From NCBI GenBank assembly GCA_963701095.1, contig OY969564.1, positions 2,080,001 through 2,144,000 of the forward strand: DNA of 64,000 bases, in the 5' to 3' direction. The position numbers were made by a program, and so were the translations under genes. Below the pieces are notes generated by a model. The model saw only the letters and a list, made by a program, of their open reading frames with translations. It did no database searches and was not told the origin of the DNA. Below, piece after piece: positions 20,369 through 30,044 of the stretch; the stretch's first letter is position 1; each line of letters starts with the position of its first letter. Source of the stretch: an uncultured Methanoregulaceae archaeon. Lineage in GTDB: Archaea; Halobacteriota; Methanomicrobia; Methanomicrobiales; Methanospirillaceae.

Positions 20369-20824
20369 ATGACTTCACCACTTATGGATACCTTTTTCGG
20401 GAATCGCGGAATGATCAGTATCGGATCGGCTTCTCCCTGTGCCGTCTTCAAGGGCATTGAGATTACGCCCAAGAGCGACGTCGTGAAGCTGTATGGCGGC
20501 GGATCAATTCTCTGGGCAGATGTTGCCCGGCATAGTTTCTCGGTCACTGTCAAAATCAAGACCGCGAAGTTCGATGTTGGTCTCAGCACATCATTCATGT
20601 ACCAGATTATCAATCCGGGCACTGGCGGCGGGACGGTTGGTGATACCAATGCTGTTCAATTCTTCACCGTTGTAGCCGTGGCTACCGGTTCTAATGGTAC
20701 TATTGTCCGGCAGACCGTTACCAACGTGTATTTCGAAAGCATACCTGGTGGTCTCCCGGAAAACGATTGGTGGACTCCTGAATTCTCCGGTGAGGGACAG
20801 ACCATCGTCTATGCAAATTCGTGA
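20369..20824 (+). CDS. Putative tail tube (major tail) protein
   Basis: GAGGT RBS, 151 aa and beta-rich. No sheath gene nearby. Confidence 0.65.
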   Translation: MTSPLMDTFFGNRGMISIGSASPCAVFKGIEITPKSDVVKLYGGGSILWADVARHSFSVTVKIKTAKFDVGLSTSFMYQIINPGTGGGTVGDTNAVQFFTVVAVATGSNGTIVRQTVTNVYFESIPGGLPENDWWTPEFSGEGQTIVYANS

Positions 20825-20833
20825 GGTAATTCG

Positions 20834-21289
20834 ATGGATGTAACCGCTGAACTGGCCAAGAAGGATGAGCTCGACCGACAAACAGAACTCAAAAACAGTG
20901 CAATGGAAGACCTGATCCGTTCTTCCGGTGAAAAATGTATCACCATTGAGCATAACGGCAAGGAGATTAAAATCCGGCCTGCATTCCCGCGCAAAGTCCG
21001 GAAACTGGTAACCGGTTTGGCGTCGAAGTACAAAGATATTGATCTCGATGCAATCAAAGCCGGATCCCCGGCAAAATCTGATATTGAACAGATGCCGGGG
21101 TTTTCTGACGACAGTGACGAAACCCTGTACGAAATCTTGGCTGTGGTGTGTCTGGCGCCTTACAACGAAGCTGCTGCGTGGCGATATTTTGATGAGAACA
21201 CCGGGGAAGCCGAGATTGTGTTCAAGAAAGCCCAAGCGGCAATTCAGGAGGCCCAGGCCGCTGCCGTTGCCTTTCGCAAAGAGTCCTAG
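20834..21289 (+). CDS. Tail assembly chaperone (G-like); candidate +1-frameshift extension to 21431
   Basis: Lies between the tube and tape measure genes. Ends GCC TTT CGC AAA GAG TCC TAG, with the +1 frame open to 21431. Confidence 0.7.
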   Translation: MDVTAELAKKDELDRQTELKNSAMEDLIRSSGEKCITIEHNGKEIKIRPAFPRKVRKLVTGLASKYKDIDLDAIKAGSPAKSDIEQMPGFSDDSDETLYEILAVVCLAPYNEAAAWRYFDENTGEAEIVFKKAQAAIQEAQAAAVAFRKES

Positions 21290-21553
21290 AGGGCAAGCAC
21301 TCGCTGAACTCTGTGTCATCACCGGAAAAATGCCTAACGAGTTAGGTCATATCGATCCTTTTGACGAAGGATTCATGATCGCTGCATTAACGGAAAGGCA
21401 CAACAAACAAGTGAAAAATGCCGGATTATGACCCTGTTAACTTGTTATGTAACGATCAATTTTCCAACCACTGAAAAAAATTCTCGATCCCTCACCAAGT
21501 TAACTGATCCAATCTTCATAATTGTTTTATAAGTTTGATATCTATTCTTCCAT

Positions 21554-22321
21554 ATGACGTTAGAAATTGATAACGGAGTTGTTATTTATTTAGATGCTCT
21601 CGGTATTTCGAAATACACAGATACTGCCCAATTTTTGGATTTTATTTGTGAAATCAAAAAAATGAAAATTAGAGCCCAATATGTTTGGAACAAATGGAAG
21701 GATAAATTCGAAAAAGAAGAAGTCATGTTGCCTGATCCCAAAATCGCTATTTTCCAAGATTCCATTATAATTTGTTTCCCAGATAAAGTGAAAAAAGACA
21801 ATACTTTGCATAATTTTTTTGCCGCTCAAAATTGGTTAATGGCTGCTTATTTCGTAGCAATAGAAAAGGGATTATTTTTTCGTGGTGCAATCTCTTGTGG
21901 TGAATATATTTATGATGAAACCGAGGGAGGAATAGCGGTTTTGGGAGCACCAGTTGTCGAAGCGATCAATTATGAGAAAAAAGGTGATTGGATCGGTGTA
22001 ATTCAAACAGATTATTTTCAGGAACAATATATGAAGGCTCTAGTCCAGTATGCTTCTGCTCATAAACTGGATTTAGAAGATGTCGTTCAAGGATACAATC
22101 GATTTTATGTCAAATATGAGGTTCCAATAAAAGATAATAGAAAATCAGAACATTATGTTGTAAATTGGCCGACAATTTGGAAAAGTGTCGGAACCGATAT
22201 ATTAAAAACATTCCTCACAAAAGCTCGTGACGAAACTGAAAATGGCGAAGACAAGAAAAAATATGATAATACCATTGATTTCGTAAAATATTGTGAAAAG
22301 CATCGCTTCTTTTTGCAATAG
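21554..22321 (+). CDS. Class III nucleotidyl-cyclase-like protein (cargo)
   Basis: IYLDALG, FQDSII, FRGAISCGE and LGAPVVEA..YE appear in cyclase order. AT-rich. Confidence 0.65.
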   Translation: MTLEIDNGVVIYLDALGISKYTDTAQFLDFICEIKKMKIRAQYVWNKWKDKFEKEEVMLPDPKIAIFQDSIIICFPDKVKKDNTLHNFFAAQNWLMAAYFVAIEKGLFFRGAISCGEYIYDETEGGIAVLGAPVVEAINYEKKGDWIGVIQTDYFQEQYMKALVQYASAHKLDLEDVVQGYNRFYVKYEVPIKDNRKSEHYVVNWPTIWKSVGTDILKTFLTKARDETENGEDKKKYDNTIDFVKYCEKHRFFLQ

Positions 22322-22352
22322 TTGGCGCTGGACGAGCACTTTTATACATTTT

Positions 22353-23606
22353 CTACATTCGTGATGCGACTATATCCGCATAGGGCTGAGCATCGCTTAT
22401 AGACAATGTATTGTAAAGGCTGCCAATTCCACCTTCTCCATATTGAATGGTTACAATAACATTAGCCTTTCTAAATATCACATAAGCCGAATCTTCTGAA
22501 ACATATCCGAAACCCTCATCCCCTTCATTTACAGATTCGACCTTATAATCCGTAACCTTCGCCTTTGTTTGATCATATGACGTCACGGCATCAGCAATTG
22601 AAGAATTTTCTTGAATGGTTTGGTACACCGTATATGCCGATGAAATTCCTTGAACTTGAACAAACTCACTATTGTAGGAATTTCCCGTGGTTTTGGGTTC
22701 TGATAAGACTTTCCATCCAGTCGGAAGATCATTAATTGTCAATGCCATCGAAGCGGGACTATTTGTTATTACCGTTTCTGAAGAACTACCACTCGATGAA
22801 GAACCATTTACTGCTCCCGGATGTGAGGCAAAATAACCAAAAATGATCAGAATTAATAGAAAAAATGCCACACCTATGATTGCTATTCCGAGTTTTGAGC
22901 CGGATTTTCTGCCAACATTATTCTGAATGTGGGGTTGATTGTGGTAATTATCATCTCCCTCCACATCGCCACTGTTGATTCTAACAGCCGCATGATATGC
23001 GTCATACATGCTATATATCCATATTATGAACAATGGAATGATCCCGATGGCAATTATACATAAAATTGCTGAAAAAAATGCGAGCACAAATAAAACAATT
23101 CCCTTTTTCCATTGGTCTGTGTAGCACTGTCCTGCACCGGGAATGAAAAATGAAACCAATACCGCCAAAAAGGGACTTTTTTCTTTCAGTATAATGCGAT
23201 TCTGTTTTCTCTCTGACTTTTCAATCTTATTGGGAACAGACACTCTCGGAGTAGGAGATCCCTTGAGATACGCGCCACAGGAATTACAGTAATACCTCCC
23301 TGCTTCGACAATTGCTCCGCATTCAGGACAGGCATTCCCGTTAATTGTAGATTGGCGCTTTACATTCTGTTCCGACACTGGTTGTTTCGCTACGGGGGGT
23401 GAATTTACAGGTTGATATATCGGCAACGGTGAACCACAGACGTTACAAAATAAAGATTCCCCTCGTAAAATTTTTGCACCACATTTCGGACAAAAGGTAT
23501 TATCTTGTCTCGGAATGCTTTCTGTTAATTTCGTCCCACATTTATTGCAAAACATCGATTGGTCATCAATCGGCTGTGTTCCACATTTGGGGCAGATTTT
23601 TACCAT
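22353..23606 (-). CDS. Triple zinc-ribbon + TM2-like membrane protein with an extracellular domain
   Basis: Three CxxC..CxxC ribbons, a KSPFLAVLVSFFIPGAGQCY TM2-like segment, a further TM helix and a Ser-rich linker. Confidence 0.8.
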   Translation of the reverse strand: MVKICPKCGTQPIDDQSMFCNKCGTKLTESIPRQDNTFCPKCGAKILRGESLFCNVCGSPLPIYQPVNSPPVAKQPVSEQNVKRQSTINGNACPECGAIVEAGRYYCNSCGAYLKGSPTPRVSVPNKIEKSERKQNRIILKEKSPFLAVLVSFFIPGAGQCYTDQWKKGIVLFVLAFFSAILCIIAIGIIPLFIIWIYSMYDAYHAAVRINSGDVEGDDNYHNQPHIQNNVGRKSGSKLGIAIIGVAFFLLILIIFGYFASHPGAVNGSSSSGSSSETVITNSPASMALTINDLPTGWKVLSEPKTTGNSYNSEFVQVQGISSAYTVYQTIQENSSIADAVTSYDQTKAKVTDYKVESVNEGDEGFGYVSEDSAYVIFRKANVIVTIQYGEGGIGSLYNTLSISDAQPYADIVASRM

Positions 23607-23727
23607 TAAATCACATGGGAACTTCAGTTGTCTATATGATTAATATTTTGTTTTTTAATTGATTCTCTTTATAGAATACATAGAACCCGATATACGAAGT
23701 CGTTTAATTTCTTTAAAGATCCCCACA

Positions 23728-23770
23728 TTGCCCTATATTATGAATTATCTTTAGATTCGGTAACAGGATG
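23728..23770 (+). promoter_or_regulatory. Putative viral promoter, copy 3 (GCCCTATATTATGAATT...AGATTCGGTAA)
   Basis: TATA-like box begins at 23734, 34 nt before the tape measure ATG. Confidence 0.65.
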
Positions 23771-24823
23771 CCGGATTATAACGTGAAAGTTGTCGTGGAC
23801 GTGCAGGGCAAGAAAGTCATGGATGAGCTAGCGAAAAGCGCTGGCGACAAATCCAAATCCCTCAGCGGTGCCATCGGTTCTGCGACTGCTGATGTTTCGA
23901 AAGGCAAAGATATCGGATCGGTTTTTGCGACATTGATTAAGGCGATCATGCCTCTCACAGCGGTTTTAGGGGTGGGGGTCGGTTTACTGACTTTAGCAGT
24001 TGGCAATTCCAAAATCCTTAATTCAATCTTTGGAACTATCGGGAAACTGCTCGGCTTCCTCGTCGATATTATCCTGTTACCCTTAATGCCGTTCTTTATC
24101 CAGCTCGTGAATTTCATGTACCAGATGATCCTCGCGTTCCGGGCATTTACCAAGAACCTGAGCGGGCAGGGTGCGATTGCATTCCTTGTCAGTATGGCCC
24201 TTCTTGGACCAGCCGGATGGCTTGAGTCTCTCATTATCGCATGGCTCGCCAGTTCTAACAGCCCCCTCAAAGGTGCGCTTAATTTCACTCTCGGAATCCT
24301 GCAAGGTGTCGGCGGCTGGCTCTGGTCGGTCGGTCAATGGATCTGGGGTGCTGGGGGCAAAGTAGTGAACAGCGCGATATCGGTTTTAATCAATATCGGT
24401 TCCGCGATCACCGGGTTTTTGAGCGGCATTACGTCGCTGGGGTCAACCATCCTGCAATGGATCTTTGGCCTTGTCACCCCGCAAAACACCTCGCTCACCT
24501 TAAACTTCATCGCAAACCTCGTAGGCGATGCATGGACTACGCTTTCCAATCTTGCACATGCCGGGGTCTCGTTCATTTCAAACGGGCTCAGCCAACTCGG
24601 CCTGAACCTCCCGTCGCTTGATTCCGGGGGTGCCGTCATGCAGACCGGTGTTGCCGTAGTGCACAAGGGAGAGACGTACAGCGGCGTGAATGGGAACGTG
24701 AACACCGGCGGTGGAGGAAACACGTATAATTTCTATTACCAGGGGACGTTCAAATCGGACAGCGACCTTTTCAACTGGTTCATGCAGCAGATGCGCCAAC
24801 AGGGCCGGGGGCTTAAACTGTGA
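23768..24823 (+). CDS. Tape measure protein (short)
   Basis: Ala/Gly/Leu-rich amphipathic helices with a C-terminal LPSLDSGGAV..TG.AVVHKGE motif typical of TMP ends. Confidence 0.75.
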   Translation: MPDYNVKVVVDVQGKKVMDELAKSAGDKSKSLSGAIGSATADVSKGKDIGSVFATLIKAIMPLTAVLGVGVGLLTLAVGNSKILNSIFGTIGKLLGFLVDIILLPLMPFFIQLVNFMYQMILAFRAFTKNLSGQGAIAFLVSMALLGPAGWLESLIIAWLASSNSPLKGALNFTLGILQGVGGWLWSVGQWIWGAGGKVVNSAISVLINIGSAITGFLSGITSLGSTILQWIFGLVTPQNTSLTLNFIANLVGDAWTTLSNLAHAGVSFISNGLSQLGLNLPSLDSGGAVMQTGVAVVHKGETYSGVNGNVNTGGGGNTYNFYYQGTFKSDSDLFNWFMQQMRQQGRGLKL

Positions 24824-25248
24824 CGTATGTCTGCACGCTCCGGAATTCTACCGGTTCCGTTGTGGTGAATTTCAATAATACCTATTATGAGGGCGACGGC
24901 CCGCAGCTGTCGCTGGTCAATGATGTCGCAGTCCTGGACGCCCCGTATGATGCCAACGGGAATACCCAAAGCCTCCTGACCGATCTCAAATACTGCACCG
25001 ATCAGTGGACGCTCCGGGGACAATTCAAAGACGGCCTGGGAAACCTTGACTGGAACACACCGGGCTCGACCAATGCGGAAAAACTGCTTGCATTATTCAA
25101 GCTCGAGATTGTTCCCTTAACGCTCACGTGGCCGGTAGCGACAAAAACCCAGACCTGCACAATATTCCGGCTCACTATCGGGGAACAAGGCGCCTATGGG
25201 AATACGGTGACCTTTGATATCGGGTTACAGATGGTGGCAGGGACGTAA
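24820..25248 (+). CDS. Putative distal tail protein
   Basis: 142 aa, overlapping the TMP stop. Called on synteny. Confidence 0.55.
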   Translation: MTYVCTLRNSTGSVVVNFNNTYYEGDGPQLSLVNDVAVLDAPYDANGNTQSLLTDLKYCTDQWTLRGQFKDGLGNLDWNTPGSTNAEKLLALFKLEIVPLTLTWPVATKTQTCTIFRLTIGEQGAYGNTVTFDIGLQMVAGT

Positions 25249-25263
25249 ATTGAGGGAATTTCT

Positions 25264-27839
25264 ATGACGATCACGGTTAATTTTGACAGTTTACCTAGGA
25301 CGATCTATGCTGAACCGGGAAGTACAGTAAGTGTCCGGTGTGTGGACCAGAGCGCGACAACCAACGGCGTTATCAATCAATGGCGGTGGTGGCTGAATAA
25401 TCCGCAGATATTCACGACAGATAGTTCAGGTACGAATCTCCGGATAACCGGTGGAAGCACCTATTTTGCGGTCGGGGACACGGTTATTCTCAGCACGACC
25501 AACGCACTCCCGAGCGGGTTAAATTTCCTCAGTACAGCCTACTATGTCAAAACGGCGAGCTATTACGGGATCACCCTTTCCCTTACTCCGGGGGGTTCAA
25601 CGGTAACGTACACTCCAGGTACAGGATCGGGTACCTTTCTCGTCCAGATGGGGAGCAATTTACAGAATCCCACTTTTCCGTTTAGGAATATTGTGCCGGG
25701 AACCGTCGGGGTCTCACTGAGCGTGAATGATTCCGGGGGTACCGGATGGACTACGCTCACGCAATCAGCGCAGATCGTTATCCAGACCGGAGACTATGCA
25801 CCACCTTCACACCTTTCCGCATGCGGGAATATCTCCATTTTTGTGTACGAGCGGTCATCACAACCCTCTCCGAAATCGACCTGCATCTGCCGGGGCCCGA
25901 CCACGGCAAGCAACCTCTTTTTCCAAAACCTCTGGATGGAGGGTGCGATCACCAAAGCCGGAAGGGCTACCTTCGATATCGTGAACGGCGGGAACGCGAC
26001 AGCCAATGAGATCGACCTTTTTGAGTCCACTACGGTAGGCACCTACAAGAATATCGCCGTGGTGGCAGGATTTGATGTCATCTGGTCCGGGAAGATCACG
26101 GTTGCGACAAAAGAGCTTAAGAGCCAACCGGGATCTGCCAAACAACGGGCGGTGTATCACTGCCAGGCCGATTCTGATATTTACAAACTCCAGGACTGGA
26201 ATATCGCTACCCCGGCAACCGTGACCGGCCAGACTCCAGGGCAGATTGTCGCGGATATCCTTGCCCTTAATCCCGGAGAACCGGATTTCATCGGGGGATA
26301 CCGGGGCGGTTTTATCGATAAATCCGGTCTGAAAATGCAGATGGCACTGACGAGTGCCGATAAATATACCGCATTCTCCCAGCTTATGGCTGCCGTCGAT
26401 TTTGATTGGCGGACCCGCATGGAAACGATGCTGTTCCAGTACGCAACCTTCGATGGAACGGGTACGGTAACGATCGCTTCCGCCGGCCTTACTGCGGGAG
26501 CACTGGTCGGGCAATGGCTTTTATTCCCGACCAATTATTGTCGCAGCGCAGGAGCATTTTCAAACCAGAATATGATTGGAATTCTGTCGTGGGGTATTAT
26601 CACCGCAAATACGGCAACGACTATTACCGCGACACTCACTAATCCTGCTGCCATCCCGCTTGGCAACGATAATTGCCTTGTTGTGAACGTCCCGCGTCTG
26701 GACTTTTCCAGCGACCTTACTGAACCTACTGCCGTCAGGACATTCACCAATAATGTGGATGCGGTGCAGTTCGCCGACTCTTCTAACAAAACCAATTTGT
26801 TCACGAAAGTTACCGTGCAGGGTCAGGATGCAATTACCGGGCTGATGACCTCGGCAAGTATTGCCGCCGTTACACCATTTAATAATGCAAAATCCTCGTT
26901 CACCAACGCCTCTTTTATCACCTATAAGACGATGGGGTATGTCTACAGTCAGGACGGTACCTATCTCTATTTAGAGGGTTGGGATTGGGCGTTGCCTATC
27001 ACCGGGGATACCTATATCACCGTTCTCTTTCCGAGTACAAGTGGCGCAGGTGGGGGTTCAGCTAAAATATCTGCAACATCGCAGATTGTGATGGGGAACC
27101 AGAAAGTGACCAAAGTTTCCTTTACTGCCAACTGGGGCTTCCAGGTATCTCCAGGTACCATTGCGTTTTTATCAGGATATTTCCCCAACTATGCCACAGG
27201 ATCGTTTGGACTTTGTATTTTCGTGAAAAGTTACGCGGATCTCGGGTTTACTATCAACGGACCTAACCCTACCGTGAAAATCGGTGACGATATATTGACC
27301 TCAGTTACCGGACCGGGTGCGGTACAAACGCACTGTATGGCGATTATATCGTTCTGACTGAGCCCGTTGCAACAGCATTACCGATTGCGCATTATCCCGG
27401 GTGTATTGTCTGGAATGCATCGGCATATAATGAGACAAGCGCTGCAGCAGGTTCCCCGGTGCAAGTTCACGGGATTATAAATAACAATCTTGCGGGAGCC
27501 GCAGGGACATCCAAGTCAAATTTTGAAGTATTGGCCTGTAGTACGCTTATCCAGGGATGCGAGTATTACCAGCAATCTACAATGGTCGTCGGTTTTTTCA
27601 ATTATACTCTGTTCCGTGTTCGGGATGGCGCCCAGATTATGACCTATGCATTTATCCGGGAGGGCCAACGAATCACTATTATTCCCTACACCGGTGCAAC
27701 CCCGGTAGATCGCCAGGTTATTATCTGGGATTTCGACGCGAATATGATGCAGGTCTCTCTCACTCTCGGCGATTACCCCCATTCTGTGTACAACACGATT
27801 GCCAAGACCCTTTCAGCGACCCAGAACCCGGTAAATTGA
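25264..27839 (+). CDS. Tail-tip / hub / adhesin protein with a PKD-like N-terminus (frameshift at ~27320)
   Basis: Thr/Gly-rich 697-aa ORF. An alternative frame open from ~27320 (GTNALYGDYIVL...) runs into ORF 27459-27839. Confidence 0.65.
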
Positions 27840-27881
27840 CCGGAAAAATCTATTTATCATCGTTTTTTAAATACTGAAGTA

Positions 27882-28226
27882 ATGGTCAGAAGGTCAAAAA
27901 AATTTAGATATTCGTTAAATAATAGTCAGTTATGTCCTATGGGAATTGTAGATTCCTGGGATTTCCTTCTTATTCACCCTCTTGTAAAAAAATATCTTCT
28001 GGAACAAAAAAGCCAAGACCCTCAAAGGAGAATGCCGTATAGTGTATCGACGACAAAGGTTCTGGATTATATTGATGAAAATCCCACCATGAAAAGCCAC
28101 CGGATTGTCAGGATGGAATGGTGCATAAACCATTCCCTGCGGGAATTCGGTTATCGTAAGGACTCTGTGGCGGGTCGGTCGTACTCGCTGACGAATATCG
28201 GCGTGATTGTACCGGTAACCGCATAA
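27882..28226 (+). CDS. Hypothetical protein
   Basis: 114-aa basic ORF after the tail module. Confidence 0.5.
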   Translation: MVRRSKKFRYSLNNSQLCPMGIVDSWDFLLIHPLVKKYLLEQKSQDPQRRMPYSVSTTKVLDYIDENPTMKSHRIVRMEWCINHSLREFGYRKDSVAGRSYSLTNIGVIVPVTA

Positions 28227-28277
28227 AAGAATGCTGATCCTATCTTCACAAAATCTCGTGAAATACTTATCAACAAA

Positions 28278-28787
28278 TTACTTTTTTCTTTTCTGAAAAA
28301 CCTTTGAAATATTTCGATTCAATGCTTCAACTGCATCTTCGGAAAGAGGCAAATTTATTTCTGTTACAATTTCATCTTCGGTTTCCGAATCAATCAAACG
28401 TCGTGATGTAATTTTAAATTTTGCAGTTCCATGAAATTCTCTTTTTTGTCTGGATTTTAGTATAGTTATCATAAGTTCGACAACGGATTTCACTAAGACA
28501 ATTGATGCTGTACCTAACCCGAGGTAAATAATAATTTCTGGACCACTTTCATGACATTCCAAAACAAATTTTTCATTATTCTGTTCGATTAAGACTGCAC
28601 CTTCATTTTTAATCGGCCCAGCTGGAAAGATGAACTCATTTATTTCGCCCCATGTTCCCGGCCAATGATCAAAGCAACAACAACCACCGTTCGAGGGAGA
28701 AATTTTTATGGAAATGTAATCTGTGTAATTTTCAGGTGTATTCAACAATTGGATCGCGATATCCAAATTTCTTTTTAGGCTAGCCAT
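28278..28787 (-). CDS. Hypothetical AT-rich cargo protein
   Basis: 169 aa with GGCCCFDH and LECHESGPE motifs and one hydrophobic helix. Confidence 0.65.
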   Translation of the reverse strand: MASLKRNLDIAIQLLNTPENYTDYISIKISPSNGGCCCFDHWPGTWGEINEFIFPAGPIKNEGAVLIEQNNEKFVLECHESGPEIIIYLGLGTASIVLVKSVVELMITILKSRQKREFHGTAKFKITSRRLIDSETEDEIVTEINLPLSEDAVEALNRNISKVFQKRKK

Positions 28788-28857
28788 TATGTTACCTTCG
28801 ATTGTTAAATTAATCGCAAACTCATGAGCAGATTAATTTTTCCCTCCGATCAGAGTC

Positions 28858-29530
28858 TTAGAATAGCCCCTTTAATCTCTCAATCAAATGCTCATCATCG
28901 GCTTCCGGCTTGTTCACCCGTTCCGACACCGGGTACGCTTCCATTCTCTCGGCCGGATACTGCGCAAGGATCCGGTTGATATCTTCAGAAGGAATCGGAT
29001 CGCGGGATGACCATTGTATCTCGTCATCCTGCCGGAGAATTACTGGCATCCGGTCATGGAGAGGGGCAACCAATTCGTTGGCAGCGGTCGTGATGATCGT
29101 ATACGTCTGGAGGATTGTTCCCGCAGGATTGCTCCAGATATCGTAAAGCCCGGCAAAGCTGAAAAACCGGGTCGTCTTTTACGTGGATATAGAAAGGAAC
29201 TTTGTGACCGGCCTCTTTTTTCCATTCAAAGAACCCGCTCGCTGGCACGAGACAGCGTCGTGATTTCAGGAGATCCCGGAACATCGGTTTCTCTGTGAGA
29301 TTTTCTGACCTGGCATTGATGGGCCGGTGCGTCTCCGTAATGTCTTTTGCCCAGTGCGGAACAAGCCCCCACTGCATCATTACTACTTCTGCCCGCTCGT
29401 GAGCAACGATAACCGGATTCGTGCTGCCGGGGGCAATATTGAAATGAGACCGGAAACCGAGGGTAGGATCTAGGAGTCGGAATCTCCCGCAGAGATCATC
29501 AATACACCAAAGCGAGTACCGGCCACACAT
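28858..29530 (-). CDS. SRAP / HMCES-family abasic-site processing protein (frameshift at ~29160)
   Basis: Starts MCGRY. Contains WGLVPHW, INARSE and GFFEW, with HDRMPVIL in the second frame. Confidence 0.92.
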
Positions 29531-29575
29531 GATAACCGTTCATTCTCTTACGGGATTAAAAACAATTGGACTTTG

Positions 29576-29890
29576 CTAAGCTTGTTTAAGAAGGAAGAAC
29601 TCCCGCCTTTTCTTCCAATCACGTGCAAGATTTTTGAACTTTTTTTTGCGCTCAGGGTCTTTAATCTGTTTGATAAAATCCGGACAGGTTACACGGTCCA
29701 TAGAATCGCATACCCGTTGATAATCTCGTTTTACCTCCTCCCATTTACGAAGCAGGGCATCCTGTTTACGTTGGAGCTCATCCAATTCTTCTCGGCGTTG
29801 CTTCTGTTCTGATTGGAGGTAAAGAAGTTGGAAGTCATGTAAAGCCAATTCTCTTCGAATCTCCGGAAAGTTATAATCGACCAATATCAC
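29576..29890 (-). CDS. Small coiled-coil hypothetical protein
   Basis: 104-aa ORF co-oriented with and upstream of SRAP. Confidence 0.55.
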   Translation of the reverse strand: MILVDYNFPEIRRELALHDFQLLYLQSEQKQRREELDELQRKQDALLRKWEEVKRDYQRVCDSMDRVTCPDFIKQIKDPERKKKFKNLARDWKKRREFFLLKQA

Positions 29891-30044
29891 TCACCCGAAA
29901 CAATCTTTTCTTTTATTGTAAATACAACAAACACTTTCACACCGCTCAGGGCCGGATCTTTATTCCCTTCAGTGCAGCAGGGATCCGGTGCTATGCAAAT
30001 CAAGATCCTCGACCACCCGTACCATGACACACAGGAGAAGGATC

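Noticed and set aside
21436..21504. 9-bp inverted repeat GTTAACTTG / CAAGTTAAC at the cargo boundary as a MITE or IS end
   Set aside because: Too short, with no target duplication or transposase. Possibly regulatory but unsupported.
21554..22321. Calling the cyclase-like gene Pycsar or CBASS
   Set aside because: There is no adjacent cNMP-binding TIR/TM effector, and the motifs are class III cyclase-like rather than CD-NTase.
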